Positions 14,783 through 24,000 of a DNA stretch of 24,000 bases are shown here, one piece after another. Location: positions 236,886 through 260,885 of the forward strand of contig NZ_JAHHZF010000008.1 in assembly GCF_018729455.1 (NCBI RefSeq), written 5' to 3'. Every line of letters starts with the position of its first letter. The stretch's first letter is position 1. The notes under the pieces are model-generated. The model had not been told where the DNA came from. It was given only the letters and a program-made list of their open reading frames with translations, and did no database searches. Made by a program: the position numbers and the translations under genes. Origin of the DNA: Prosthecodimorpha staleyi (lineage in GTDB: Bacteria; Pseudomonadota; Alphaproteobacteria; Rhizobiales; Ancalomicrobiaceae).

Positions 14783-16327
14783 ATGCCGATCGCCCCGATC
14801 CCCGATGCTCGGATACCGGCCCTGCCGCCGGCGATCGAACTCGTCGGCATCGACAAGCGCTTCGGCACCGTTCATGCCAATCGCGACATCCATCTGACCG
14901 TCGACAAGGGCTCGATCCACGGCATCGTCGGCGAGAACGGCGCCGGCAAGTCGACGCTGATGTCGATCCTCTACGGCTTCTACCAGGCCGATCACGGCCG
15001 CATCCTGGTCGACGGCCGCGAGGTGCGCATCCGCTCGAGCGCCGACGCGATCGGGCTCGGCATCGGCATGGTCCACCAGCAGTTCATGCTGGTCGAGACC
15101 TTCACGGTGCTCGAGAATGTCATCCTGGGTGCGGAGGGCGCGCCCCGTCTCGCTGCCGCGGAGGCGCGGGCGCGCGGCCTGATCGAGCGGCTCGCCCGCG
15201 ACTACGGGCTGACGGTCGATCCGGACCGGATCGTCGGCGAGCTTTCGGTCGGCGAGCAGCAGCGCGTCGAGATCCTGAAGGCCCTGTTCCGCGGCGCCGA
15301 GACGCTGATTCTCGACGAGCCAACCGCGGTCCTGACGCCCGCCGAGGCCGATCACCTGTTCCGCATCCTCCGCCGTCTCAAGGCCGAGGGAAAGACCGTT
15401 GTGATCATCACCCACAAGCTGCGCGAGATCATGGCCGTCACCGACACCGTCTCGGTCATGCGCCGCGGCGAGGTGGTGGCGACTTGGCCGACCGCCGCGA
15501 CCACTGTCGAGCGCATCGCCGAAGCCATGGTCGGCCGCCGCGTGCTGCTGCATGTACCCAAGGGGTCGTCGGTGCCGGGCCGCACGCTGCTGGCCGTCGA
15601 GGGGCTCGACGTGCGCGACGGCCGCGGCGCGCGGCTGGTCGAAGGGGTGACGTTCGACGTGCGTGCCGGCGAGATCGTCGGCATCGCCGGCGTTGCCGGC
15701 AACGGCCAGTCGGAGCTTCTGGAGACGATCGCCGGCATCCGCCGTCCGTCGGCGGGCGGCATCCGGCTCGGCGCGGAGGCGATCGGCGGGCTCGATCCGG
15801 CCGCCATCCGCGCGCTCGGCCTCGCCCATGTGCCGGAGGACCGCCACCGGATGGGGCTCGTCCTGGCGCTCGAGGCCTGGGAGAACGTCATGCTCGGCTA
15901 TCAGGACGACCCGGCCTATCAGGCCGGCGTCCTGATCGACGGGGCGGCGGTGCGCGCGGCGGCGGCCGACCGCTTCCGCGGCTACGACGTGCGGCCGCCG
16001 GATATCCGCCTGCGCACCGGCCTCTTCTCCGGCGGCAACCAGCAGAAGATCGTCATCGGCCGCGAGATGGAGCGCGATCCGGACGTGCTGCTGGTCGGCC
16101 AGCCGACCCGCGGCGTCGATATCGGGGCGATCGAGTTCATCCACCGCCGGCTGATCGCGCTGCGCGACCGCGGCAAGGCGATCCTGCTGGTCTCCGCCGA
16201 ACTCGACGAGATCCGCAGCTTGGCCGACCGGGTCCTGTGCATGTGCGGCGGGCGCATCGTCGGCGAGTGCCGGCCGGAGACGCCGGAGACGGAGATCGGC
16301 CTGATGATGGCGGGGGTGGCGGCATGA
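14783..16327 (+). CDS. ABC transporter ATP-binding protein with two fused NBDs (CUT2-type, nucleoside/sugar importer)
   Basis: NBD1: GENGAGKST, LSVGEQQRVEILKAL, LILDEPTAVL, ITHK. NBD2: GVAGNGQSEL, FSGGNQQK, LLVGQPTRGVD. I prefer ATG 14783 (MPIAPIPDARIPALPPAIELVGIDKRFG) because homologs have short N-termini; ATG 14732 is the alternative. TGA at 16325-16327 overlaps the next start (ATGA). Confidence 0.92.
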   Translation: MPIAPIPDARIPALPPAIELVGIDKRFGTVHANRDIHLTVDKGSIHGIVGENGAGKSTLMSILYGFYQADHGRILVDGREVRIRSSADAIGLGIGMVHQQFMLVETFTVLENVILGAEGAPRLAAAEARARGLIERLARDYGLTVDPDRIVGELSVGEQQRVEILKALFRGAETLILDEPTAVLTPAEADHLFRILRRLKAEGKTVVIITHKLREIMAVTDTVSVMRRGEVVATWPTAATTVERIAEAMVGRRVLLHVPKGSSVPGRTLLAVEGLDVRDGRGARLVEGVTFDVRAGEIVGIAGVAGNGQSELLETIAGIRRPSAGGIRLGAEAIGGLDPAAIRALGLAHVPEDRHRMGLVLALEAWENVMLGYQDDPAYQAGVLIDGAAVRAAAADRFRGYDVRPPDIRLRTGLFSGGNQQKIVIGREMERDPDVLLVGQPTRGVDIGAIEFIHRRLIALRDRGKAILLVSAELDEIRSLADRVLCMCGGRIVGECRPETPETEIGLMMAGVAA

Positions 16328-17433
16328 GCGGGTCCCGCGGCGAACTGCCGCCGCTCGTCGACTATCTGGTGGTGCCGGCCGTCAATCTGACGCTCGCCTT
16401 CCTGGTCTCCGGCCTGGTCGTGCTGGCGATCGGCGAGAACCCGCTCGCGGCCGTCCGGATCATGCTCTCCGGCGCGCTCGGCTATGCCGAAGGCGTCGGC
16501 TACACGCTCTACTACACGACCAACTTCATCTTCACCGGTCTCGCCGTCGCCGTCGCCTTCCATGCCGGCCTGTTCAACATCGGTGCGGAGGGGCAGGCGA
16601 CCATGGCCGGACTCGGCGTGGCGATCGTGTGCCTGGCCTTCGACGGCGCGCCCTGGTGGCTGGTGCTGCCCTTCGCGGTCGCCGCCGCCGCCCTGTTCGG
16701 CGCCGGCTGGGCCTTCCTGCCCGGCTGGGCGCAGGCCCGGCGCGGCAGCCACATCGTCATCACGACGATCATGTTCAACTTCATCGCCGCCACCGTGATG
16801 GTCTATCTGCTGGTCAACGTCATCGGCAAGCCCGGCGCCATGAACCCGGAGACGCGCACCTTCGCGGAGGCGACCCGGCTGCCACCGATCCGCGACATGC
16901 TGTTGCCGCTCGGCTTCGATGTCGGCACCTCGCCGCTGAACCCGTCCTTCTTCCTCGCCGTGCTGGCCGCGCTCCTGGTCTGGCTCTTGGTCTGGCATTC
17001 CCGCCTCGGCTACGAGATGCGCGTCTTCGGCTTCAATCCGACGGCGGCCGTCTATGCCGGCATCGATCCGGCCCGGGTGGTGATGGTCGCCATGATGATC
17101 TCCGGCGCGCTGGCCGGCCTCCTCGCCGTCAACGAGGTGATGGGGGTGCAGAACCGTCTGCTGCTCGAATTCGTCGGCGGGGCCGGCTTTGTCGGCATCG
17201 CGGTGGCGTTGATGGGCCGCGCCCATCCGCTCGGCATCGTGCTCGCCGCCTTCCTGTTCGGCGTGCTCTATCAGGGCGGCGCGGAACTGTCCTTCGAGCG
17301 TCCAAAGATCAGCCGCGACATGGTGGTGGTCATCCAGGGGCTGGTGATCCTGTTCGCCGGCGCGCTCGAACATCTCGCCCGGCCGCCGCTCGTCCGGCTG
17401 TTCCGCCGCACGCGGCGCACTGCCGAAGCCTGA
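16324..17433 (+). CDS. ABC transporter permease (BPD_transp_2 type), nucleoside importer subunit 1
   Basis: This is the C-terminal part of track ORF 14716..17433. ATG at 16324 overlaps the ATPase stop. The protein is polytopic and hydrophobic, with the conserved FNIGAEGQ motif and a RVFGFNPTAAVYAGI loop. TGA at 17431-17433. Confidence 0.9.
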   Translation: MSGSRGELPPLVDYLVVPAVNLTLAFLVSGLVVLAIGENPLAAVRIMLSGALGYAEGVGYTLYYTTNFIFTGLAVAVAFHAGLFNIGAEGQATMAGLGVAIVCLAFDGAPWWLVLPFAVAAAALFGAGWAFLPGWAQARRGSHIVITTIMFNFIAATVMVYLLVNVIGKPGAMNPETRTFAEATRLPPIRDMLLPLGFDVGTSPLNPSFFLAVLAALLVWLLVWHSRLGYEMRVFGFNPTAAVYAGIDPARVVMVAMMISGALAGLLAVNEVMGVQNRLLLEFVGGAGFVGIAVALMGRAHPLGIVLAAFLFGVLYQGGAELSFERPKISRDMVVVIQGLVILFAGALEHLARPPLVRLFRRTRRTAEA

Positions 17434-17444
17434 GGGGGCACGCG

Positions 17445-18416
17445 ATGGAGTTCGTCGAGAGCGCGGCCCTGGTACTCGGTTCCGCCGTCCGGCTGAGCGT
17501 GCCGCTGCTGCTCGCCTGCCTGGCCGGATTGTGGTCTGAGCGTTCCGGCGTCGTCGATATCGGCCTGGAAGGCAAGATGCTCGCCGCCGCCTTCGCGGCC
17601 GGTGCCGCCGCGGCGGTGACCGGCTCGGCCTGGCTCGGCCTCCTCGCCGCCGTTCTGGTCTCCATCGCCTTCTCGCTGGTGCATGGCTTCGCCTCGATCA
17701 GCCAGCGCGGCAACCAGATCGTCTCGGGCGTGGCGATCAACTTCGTCGCCGCCGGCCTGACCGCCCTGCTCGGTCAGGCCTGGTTCGCGCAGGGCGGACG
17801 TACCCCGCCGGTGCAGGGCGACGCCCGCTTCCAGCCGATCGACCTGCCCGGAGAGGTCGCCGCGCGCGCGGCCGGCGGCTTCGGGCGGCTGTGGTCGGAG
17901 GTCGTCTCGGGCCACAACATCCTGGTCTATCTCGCCTTCCTGGCGGTGCCGGTGACCTGGTACGCGCTCGGCCGGACCCGCTTCGGGCTGCGTCTGCGCG
18001 CCGTCGGCGAGAACCCGCATGCGGTCGACACCGCCGGCATCTCGGTCGCCGGCCTGCGCTATGCCGCGGTGACGATCGCCGGGCTCCTGTGCGGCCTGGC
18101 CGGCACCTATCTGGCGATCGCCCAGTCGGCCGGCTTCATCCGCGACATGACCGCCGGCAAGGGCTTCATCGCGCTCGCCGCGCTGGTCTTCGCCAAGTGG
18201 CGGCCGGTGCCGGCCATGCTGACCTGTCTGCTGTTCGGCCTGCTCGATGCCGTCGCCATCCGCCTGCAGGGCACGCCGCTGCCGGTCGTCGGCCCGGTGC
18301 CCGTGCAGGTGTTCCAGGCGCTGCCCTATGTGCTAACGGTGGTGCTGCTGGCCGGTTTCATCGGCCGCGCCATCCCGCCGCGCGCCTCCGGCGTCCCCTA
18401 CACGAAGGACCGCTGA
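17445..18416 (+). CDS. ABC transporter permease (BPD_transp_2 type), nucleoside importer subunit 2
   Basis: This is the C-terminal part of track ORF 16629..18416. ATG at 17445 is preceded by GAGGGGG (17432-17438). It has the DIGLEGKM motif and the LRAVGENPHAVDTAGISV loop, and is hydrophobic throughout. TGA at 18414-18416. Confidence 0.9.
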   Translation: MEFVESAALVLGSAVRLSVPLLLACLAGLWSERSGVVDIGLEGKMLAAAFAAGAAAAVTGSAWLGLLAAVLVSIAFSLVHGFASISQRGNQIVSGVAINFVAAGLTALLGQAWFAQGGRTPPVQGDARFQPIDLPGEVAARAAGGFGRLWSEVVSGHNILVYLAFLAVPVTWYALGRTRFGLRLRAVGENPHAVDTAGISVAGLRYAAVTIAGLLCGLAGTYLAIAQSAGFIRDMTAGKGFIALAALVFAKWRPVPAMLTCLLFGLLDAVAIRLQGTPLPVVGPVPVQVFQALPYVLTVVLLAGFIGRAIPPRASGVPYTKDR

Positions 18417-18418
18417 TC

Positions 18419-18847
18419 ATGCCGCAATCGGCCACGGCCGAGGTCGCCCTCGACGCCCTGTTCGCCGCCGCCGCCGCGGCGCGGACCCGCGCCTACGCGC
18501 CCTATTCGCGCTTCCTGGTCGGCGCCGCGATCCGCGACGGCGACGGCCGCATCCATGCCGGCTGCAATGTCGAGAATGCCGCCTATCCGCTCGGCACCTG
18601 CGCGGAGGCCGGCGCTATCGCCGCTATGGTGCTGGCCGGCTCGACCGAGATCGCCGAGATCGCGGTGGTCGGCGGCCCGGAGCATGGCGCGGAACTGCTC
18701 TGCCCGCCCTGCGGCGGCTGCCGGCAGAAGATCCGCGAATTCGGAGGGCTGACGGCGCGCGTCCACCTGCGCGAGGCCGACGGGCGGGTGCGGACCTTGA
18801 CGCTCGACGATCTGTTGCCGATCTCCTTCGGACCGGAACATCTGTGA
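18419..18847 (+). CDS. cdd: Cytidine deaminase (homotetrameric small type), 142 aa
   Basis: This is the C-terminal part of track ORF 17891..18847. ATG at 18419 lies 2 nt after the permease stop. Zinc-binding and catalytic motifs CAEAGAI and PCGGCRQ are present, together with YAPYSRF. Confidence 0.9.
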   Translation: MPQSATAEVALDALFAAAAAARTRAYAPYSRFLVGAAIRDGDGRIHAGCNVENAAYPLGTCAEAGAIAAMVLAGSTEIAEIAVVGGPEHGAELLCPPCGGCRQKIREFGGLTARVHLREADGRVRTLTLDDLLPISFGPEHL

Positions 18848-18872
18848 TGGTCCCTCTCATGCCGGTTCAACC

Positions 18873-19694
18873 ATGACCCCGACCGAACTCGCCGCCGTGA
18901 TCCGCGACTGGGCGCCCGCTGCGCCGGCGCCGAAGGTGGCCATCGTGCTCGGCTCCGGGCTCTCGGGCCTCGCCGACGCGGTCACGGATGCCGCCCGCAT
19001 CCCCTATGTCGACCTGCCCGGCTTCCCGCGCGCCGGCGTCTCCGGTCATAGCGGCGAACTGGTGCTCGGCCGGCTCGCCGGCCTGCCGGTCGCCGTCATG
19101 GCCGGCCGGGCGCATTTCTACGAATCCGGCCGCGCCAACGTGATGGAACCGGCCATCGCGACCCTGAAGGCGCTCGGCGCCGACACGCTCATCCTGACCA
19201 ATGCCGCCGGCTCGCTCGACGAGGCCATGCCGCCGGGCACGCCGATGCTGATCGCCGACCATATCGCGCTCGGCCCCAATCCGCTGATCGGACGGGAGGG
19301 CGACGCGCGCTTCGTCAACATGGTCGACGCCTGGGACCCGGACTTGCGCGCGCTCGCCCGCGCCCGGGCAAAGGCGCTCGACATCCCGCTCGGCGAGGGC
19401 GTCTATCTGTGGTTCACCGGCCCGTCTTTCGAGACCCCGGCCGAGATCCGCATGGCGCGCCGGCTCGGCGCCGATGCGGTCGGCATGTCGACGGTTCCGG
19501 AGGCGATCCTCGCCCGCTATCATGGCCTCAGGCTGCTCGGCCTCTCGATGATCACCAATCTCGGGGCGGGGATGACCGGCCGGCCGCTCTCCCACGAGGA
19601 GACCAAGGCCGAGGCGGCGCGCGGCGTCGACCGGTTCCGCGCGCTCCTTCTCGCCATCCTGGCCGATCTGGCCGGCCCGACCGGAGAGGCCTGA
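18873..19694 (+). CDS. punA: Purine-nucleoside phosphorylase (trimeric PNP-I, PunA/XapA type)
   Basis: Motifs: GSGLSG phosphate loop, GFPRAGVSGHSGELVLG, LTNAAGSL, FTGPSFETPAEIRMARRLGADAVGMSTVPE, ITNLGAG. ATG at 18873, TGA at 19692-19694. Confidence 0.9.
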   Translation: MTPTELAAVIRDWAPAAPAPKVAIVLGSGLSGLADAVTDAARIPYVDLPGFPRAGVSGHSGELVLGRLAGLPVAVMAGRAHFYESGRANVMEPAIATLKALGADTLILTNAAGSLDEAMPPGTPMLIADHIALGPNPLIGREGDARFVNMVDAWDPDLRALARARAKALDIPLGEGVYLWFTGPSFETPAEIRMARRLGADAVGMSTVPEAILARYHGLRLLGLSMITNLGAGMTGRPLSHEETKAEAARGVDRFRALLLAILADLAGPTGEA

Positions 19695-19695
19695 C

Positions 19696-20478
19696 ATGCC
19701 CGAAACCGTCCGCCTCGCCGCCATCGCGGCCCGTGCCCTGCCGCTCGTCGACCTGACCGATCTCGGCGACACCTGCACGCCGGCCGCCGTCGACGCGCTT
19801 GTCGACCGGGCGGCGACGGCGTTCGGGCCGGTCGCGGCGGTCTGCCTCTGGCCGCGCTTCGTCGCCCGCGCCCGGTCGCGGCTCGATCCGGCGAGCCCGA
19901 TCAGGATCGCCACGGTGGTCAACTTCCCCGACGGCGGCACCGACCTGGCGGCTGTGGTCGCCGAGACCGAGGCGGCGCTGCGCGACGGAGCCGACGAGAT
20001 CGACCTGGTGCTGCCCTATCGCGCGCTGATGGCCGGCGACGCGGCGGCCGCCGAGAGGATGATCGCGGCCGTGCGCGCGCTGTTTCCGCCGCCACCGGTC
20101 AGCCTCAAGGTCATCCTGGAGACCGGCCGACTCGCCGACCCGGCGCTGATCCGCCAGGCCGCCGACCTCGCCATCGCGGCCGGGGCCGACTTCATCAAGA
20201 CCTCGACCGGCAAGGTCGATGTCAATGCCACGCCCGAGGCTGCAGAGATCATGCTTCAGGCGATCTGGGATGCCGGCCGGCCCTGCGGCTTCAAGGCGGC
20301 GGGCGGCATCCGCACAACGGAAGATGCGGGGCGCTACCTGGATATCGCCGACCGGATTCTCGGCCCCGACTGGGCTTCGCCCGCCACGTTCCGCTTCGGG
20401 GCGAGCGGCCTTCTCGACGATCTTCTCGCCCGGCTCGGCGGCGGCACCGCTGCGGCCGGCCAGCCTGCCTCCTATTGA
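19696..20478 (+). CDS. deoC: Deoxyribose-phosphate aldolase
   Basis: ATG at 19696, 1 nt after the punA stop. Class I aldolase pattern: [23 protein letters not shown], and the Schiff-base lysine context DFIKTSTGK. Confidence 0.88.
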   Translation: MPETVRLAAIAARALPLVDLTDLGDTCTPAAVDALVDRAATAFGPVAAVCLWPRFVARARSRLDPASPIRIATVVNFPDGGTDLAAVVAETEAALRDGADEIDLVLPYRALMAGDAAAAERMIAAVRALFPPPPVSLKVILETGRLADPALIRQAADLAIAAGADFIKTSTGKVDVNATPEAAEIMLQAIWDAGRPCGFKAAGGIRTTEDAGRYLDIADRILGPDWASPATFRFGASGLLDDLLARLGGGTAAAGQPASY

Positions 20479-20488
20479 GACCGCCGCC

Positions 20489-21801
20489 ATGCTGCCTCAG
20501 GAAGTGATCCGCAAGAAGCGCGAGGGCGCCACGCTGAGCGAGGCCGAGATCGCCTTCATGGTCGCAGGCCTGACCGACGGCTCGATCACCGAGGGCCAGA
20601 TCGCGGCCTTCGCGATGGCGGTCTTCTTCCGCGGCATGACCCTTCCCGAACGCGTCGCGCTGACCCGCGCCATGACCGGATCCGGCACCGTGCTCGCCTG
20701 GGACCTGCCCGGGCCGGTGCTCGACAAGCATTCCTCCGGCGGCGTCGGCGACAATGTCTCGCTGATGCTCGCCCCGATGGTCGCCGCCTGCGGCGGCTTT
20801 GTGCCGATGATCTCGGGGCGCGGGCTCGGCCATACCGGCGGCACGCTCGACAAGCTCGATGCCATCCCGGGCTATGTCAGCCAGCCCGACAGCGCCACCT
20901 TCGCGCGCGTGGTGCGCGCCGTCGGCACTGCGATCATCGGCCAGACCCCCGATCTCGCCCCGGCGGACCGGCGCTTCTACGCGATCCGAGACGTGACCGC
21001 GACGGTCGAATCGATCGACCTGATCACAGCCTCGATCCTGTCAAAGAAGCTCGCCGCCGGCCTGCAAGGCCTTGTGCTCGACGTGAAATGGGGCAACGGC
21101 GCCTTCATGGCGACGTTCGCCGAGGCGCAAGGTTTGGCCGAGAGTCTGGTCGCGGTCGCCAACGGCGCCGGCCTCGCCACCACGGCGCTGCTGACCGACA
21201 TGAATCAGCCGCTCGCCCCCGCCGCCGGCAATGCGGTCGAGGTGCGCCACGCGGTCGATTTCCTGACCCGGCGCCGGCGCGACGCGCGCGTCGAGGCGGT
21301 CACGGTCGAACTCGGCGTCGAGATGCTGATGACCGGCGGCCTCGCGGAGACCCGCGACATGGCGCATGCGCGCCTCGTCCGCACGCTCGACGACGGCAGT
21401 GCGGCCGAGCGCTTCGCCCGCATGGTCGCCGCGCTCGGCGGCCCGACCGATCTGGTCGAGCGCCCCGGCGATCATCTCGCCCGCGCCGCGGTGGAGATCG
21501 CCGTCGAGGCGGCGGAGGCGGGCATCGTCACGGCGATCGACACCCGCGCGATCGGCGTCGCCGTGATCGAACTCGGCGGCGGCCGGATGCGCGCCGCCGA
21601 TGCCATCGACCCCACGGTCGGCTTCACCGAACTGGCCGGCCTCGGTGCGCCCGTCGGGCCGGGGCGGCCGCTGGCGCGCGTCCACGCCCGAGACGCCGCC
21701 GCCGCCCTGAGCGCGGCCGCCGCCTTGCAGGCCGCCTACCGCATCGGCCCGGACGCGCCGGCGGTCGCTCCCGTCGTCGCCGCGCGCATCGGGGCGCCGT
21801 G

Positions 21802-21802
<1 letters not shown>
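20489..21802 (+). CDS. deoA: Thymidine (pyrimidine-nucleoside) phosphorylase
   Basis: This is the C-terminal part of track ORF 20219..21802. ATG at 20489 ([13 protein letters not shown]). Motifs: [51 protein letters not shown] at 21800-21802 overlaps the deoB ATG (TGATG). Confidence 0.92.
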
Positions 21803-23016
<1,214 letters not shown>

Positions 23017-23078
23017 CGGCCCGGCGCGGCTTACCGCCGCGCGCGGAGGTCCGCTCCCGGAGGGCAGGGGGCCGAACC

Positions 23079-23097
23079 CTGAGGAAATTTTCCTCAG
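23079..23097. terminator. AT-rich hairpin in the convergent deoB / DUF1688 spacer (possible bidirectional terminator)
   Basis: CTGAGGAA-att-TTCCTCAG: an 8-bp stem (23079-23086 with 23090-23097). It is the only AT-rich element in the 77-nt spacer and overlaps the DUF1688 stop codon (23094-23096). A separate GC stem, gcgcggc/gccgcgc, lies at 23024-23042. Neither has a classic U-tract. Confidence 0.35.
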
Positions 23098-24000
23098 AAC
23101 ACCGTGCCGTCGCTGTCGATGATGATCGGCGGGCTGCCGTCGGGGCGCTTCTCGCGTGCGATGCGGCGGCCGGCCGACCAGGTGCCGCCTTCGAGCACGC
23201 AGGCGAGCGGGAAGGTCTGGGCGGTGCGCGACAGGCGCTTGCGCACGCCCTCGGCGATCTGGTCGAGCAGCGCCACGGTCAGTCCGCGCCATTCGACCAC
23301 GAATTCGGATTCCGGCTTCTGCGGCCGGCGCAGGGCGGTCGGGTCGCGCGGCTTCAGGAGCCCCATGTCGATGAACAGGCCGCCGTTGCGGTATTCCGCA
23401 AGGCCGGTCAGGCCGTCGAGATCGGTCACCGTCAGGCCGGACCAGACCAGCGGCTCGATCAGCGAATAGGCCAGCCACTGCGACAGCTTGTGCAGCGGCA
23501 GCAGGCCGTCGGAGGCGTCGCCGGCGATCACCTTCGGGTGCTTCCAGGTGTCGCCGAGCGCCACGTCGCCCATCATGTAGCGGCCCGGCCAGATCGAGCC
23601 GAGCGATTCGAGCAGCACCTCCAGGATCACCGGCGCGCCGATCTTGCCGGTGCCGGTCGCCTGGCGGATCAGCATGTCGACCATGCCGCCGGGACGGATG
23701 CCGTCGGGCGCGGAGAACACGTCCGGCCGCTCCTGCATGGCGTTGCCGAGCCGGTTCAGGAGGCCGAGCCGGCCTTCCAGCCCGATCAGCGGGTTGCCGT
23801 TGGAGACCTGGAAACCGTCGGCCAGTTCCTCGTAGGTCAGGCCGGCCAGCGCACGGGCATCGGCGCGCAGCGGATCGTAGGGGTCGCTCGAGAAGGCGCC
23901 GCTGGTGAACATGACCAGGCTGGCGATCGCCAGGCCCTCGGAGCGCGAGAAGGTCTCGCCGGTCGCCGATTCCGCATAGGCCCATTTGGTGCCGGCGCCG
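23094..24000 (-). CDS. DUF1688 family protein (URC4-like), N-terminal part outside the window
   Basis: Track ORF 23094..23912 starts at an internal Met. I translated the same frame by hand up to base 23999 and it stays open (GAGTKWAYAESATGETFSRSEGLAIASLVMFTSGAFSSDP), so the gene continues beyond the window. Family-typical strings, from memory of DUF1688: HKLSQWLAYSLIEP, LAEYRNGGLF, VVEWRGLTVALLD, and the C-terminal SDGTVF. Confidence 0.85.
   Translation of the reverse strand, partial: GAGTKWAYAESATGETFSRSEGLAIASLVMFTSGAFSSDPYDPLRADARALAGLTYEELADGFQVSNGNPLIGLEGRLGLLNRLGNAMQERPDVFSAPDGIRPGGMVDMLIRQATGTGKIGAPVILEVLLESLGSIWPGRYMMGDVALGDTWKHPKVIAGDASDGLLPLHKLSQWLAYSLIEPLVWSGLTVTDLDGLTGLAEYRNGGLFIDMGLLKPRDPTALRRPQKPESEFVVEWRGLTVALLDQIAEGVRKRLSRTAQTFPLACVLEGGTWSAGRRIAREKRPDGSPPIIIDSDGTVF

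Overview
Very GC-rich, densely coding chromosomal DNA that looks alphaproteobacterial (Rhizobiales-like); that assignment rests only on gene content and composition. I found no rRNA, tRNA, CRISPR array, transposase, integrase or recognisable defence island. The many long Arg/Pro/Gly/Ala-rich ORFs in the track are off-frame or antisense shadows of real genes. The track also prints non-ATG starts as M: bases 44, 2997 and 12400 are GTG.

Gene content, left to right:
- putA (5' end cut by the window), a doubtful 60-codon ORF, and hrpB.
- A minus-strand run (listed right to left): two tandem secreted DUF1194/vWA-like paralogs, glk, a NitT/TauT-type ABC ATPase and permease with no binding protein, a tightly coupled GNAT acetyltransferase, a lone ParD-family antitoxin, and a small alpha/beta hydrolase.
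- An 11-gene plus-strand nucleoside uptake and catabolism cluster: BMP-family binding protein, an MBL-fold hydrolase, a double-NBD ATPase, two permeases, cdd, punA-type PNP, deoC, deoA and deoB.
- A convergent DUF1688 (URC4-family) gene running off the 3' edge.

I do not see a convincing new multi-gene system; most of the window is ordinary core metabolism. The points worth a second look are:
1. An intergenic pair of inverted heptamer arrays inside the nucleoside operon. One is a perfect (CTGCCCA)x7. The other is a decayed inverted copy whose differences are all G-to-A. A continuous helix therefore forms only in a minus-strand transcript, and the minus strand also carries a G-quadruplex-type G3N4 tract.
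2. The MBL-fold gene wedged between the binding-protein gene and the ATPase gene.
3. The tandem DUF1194 MIDAS-motif paralogs.
4. A 39-nt direct repeat of the ABC permease 3' end that brackets the GNAT gene, next to an orphan parD.
5. The uncharacterised DUF1688/URC4 gene abutting the pyrimidine/purine nucleoside catabolic genes.
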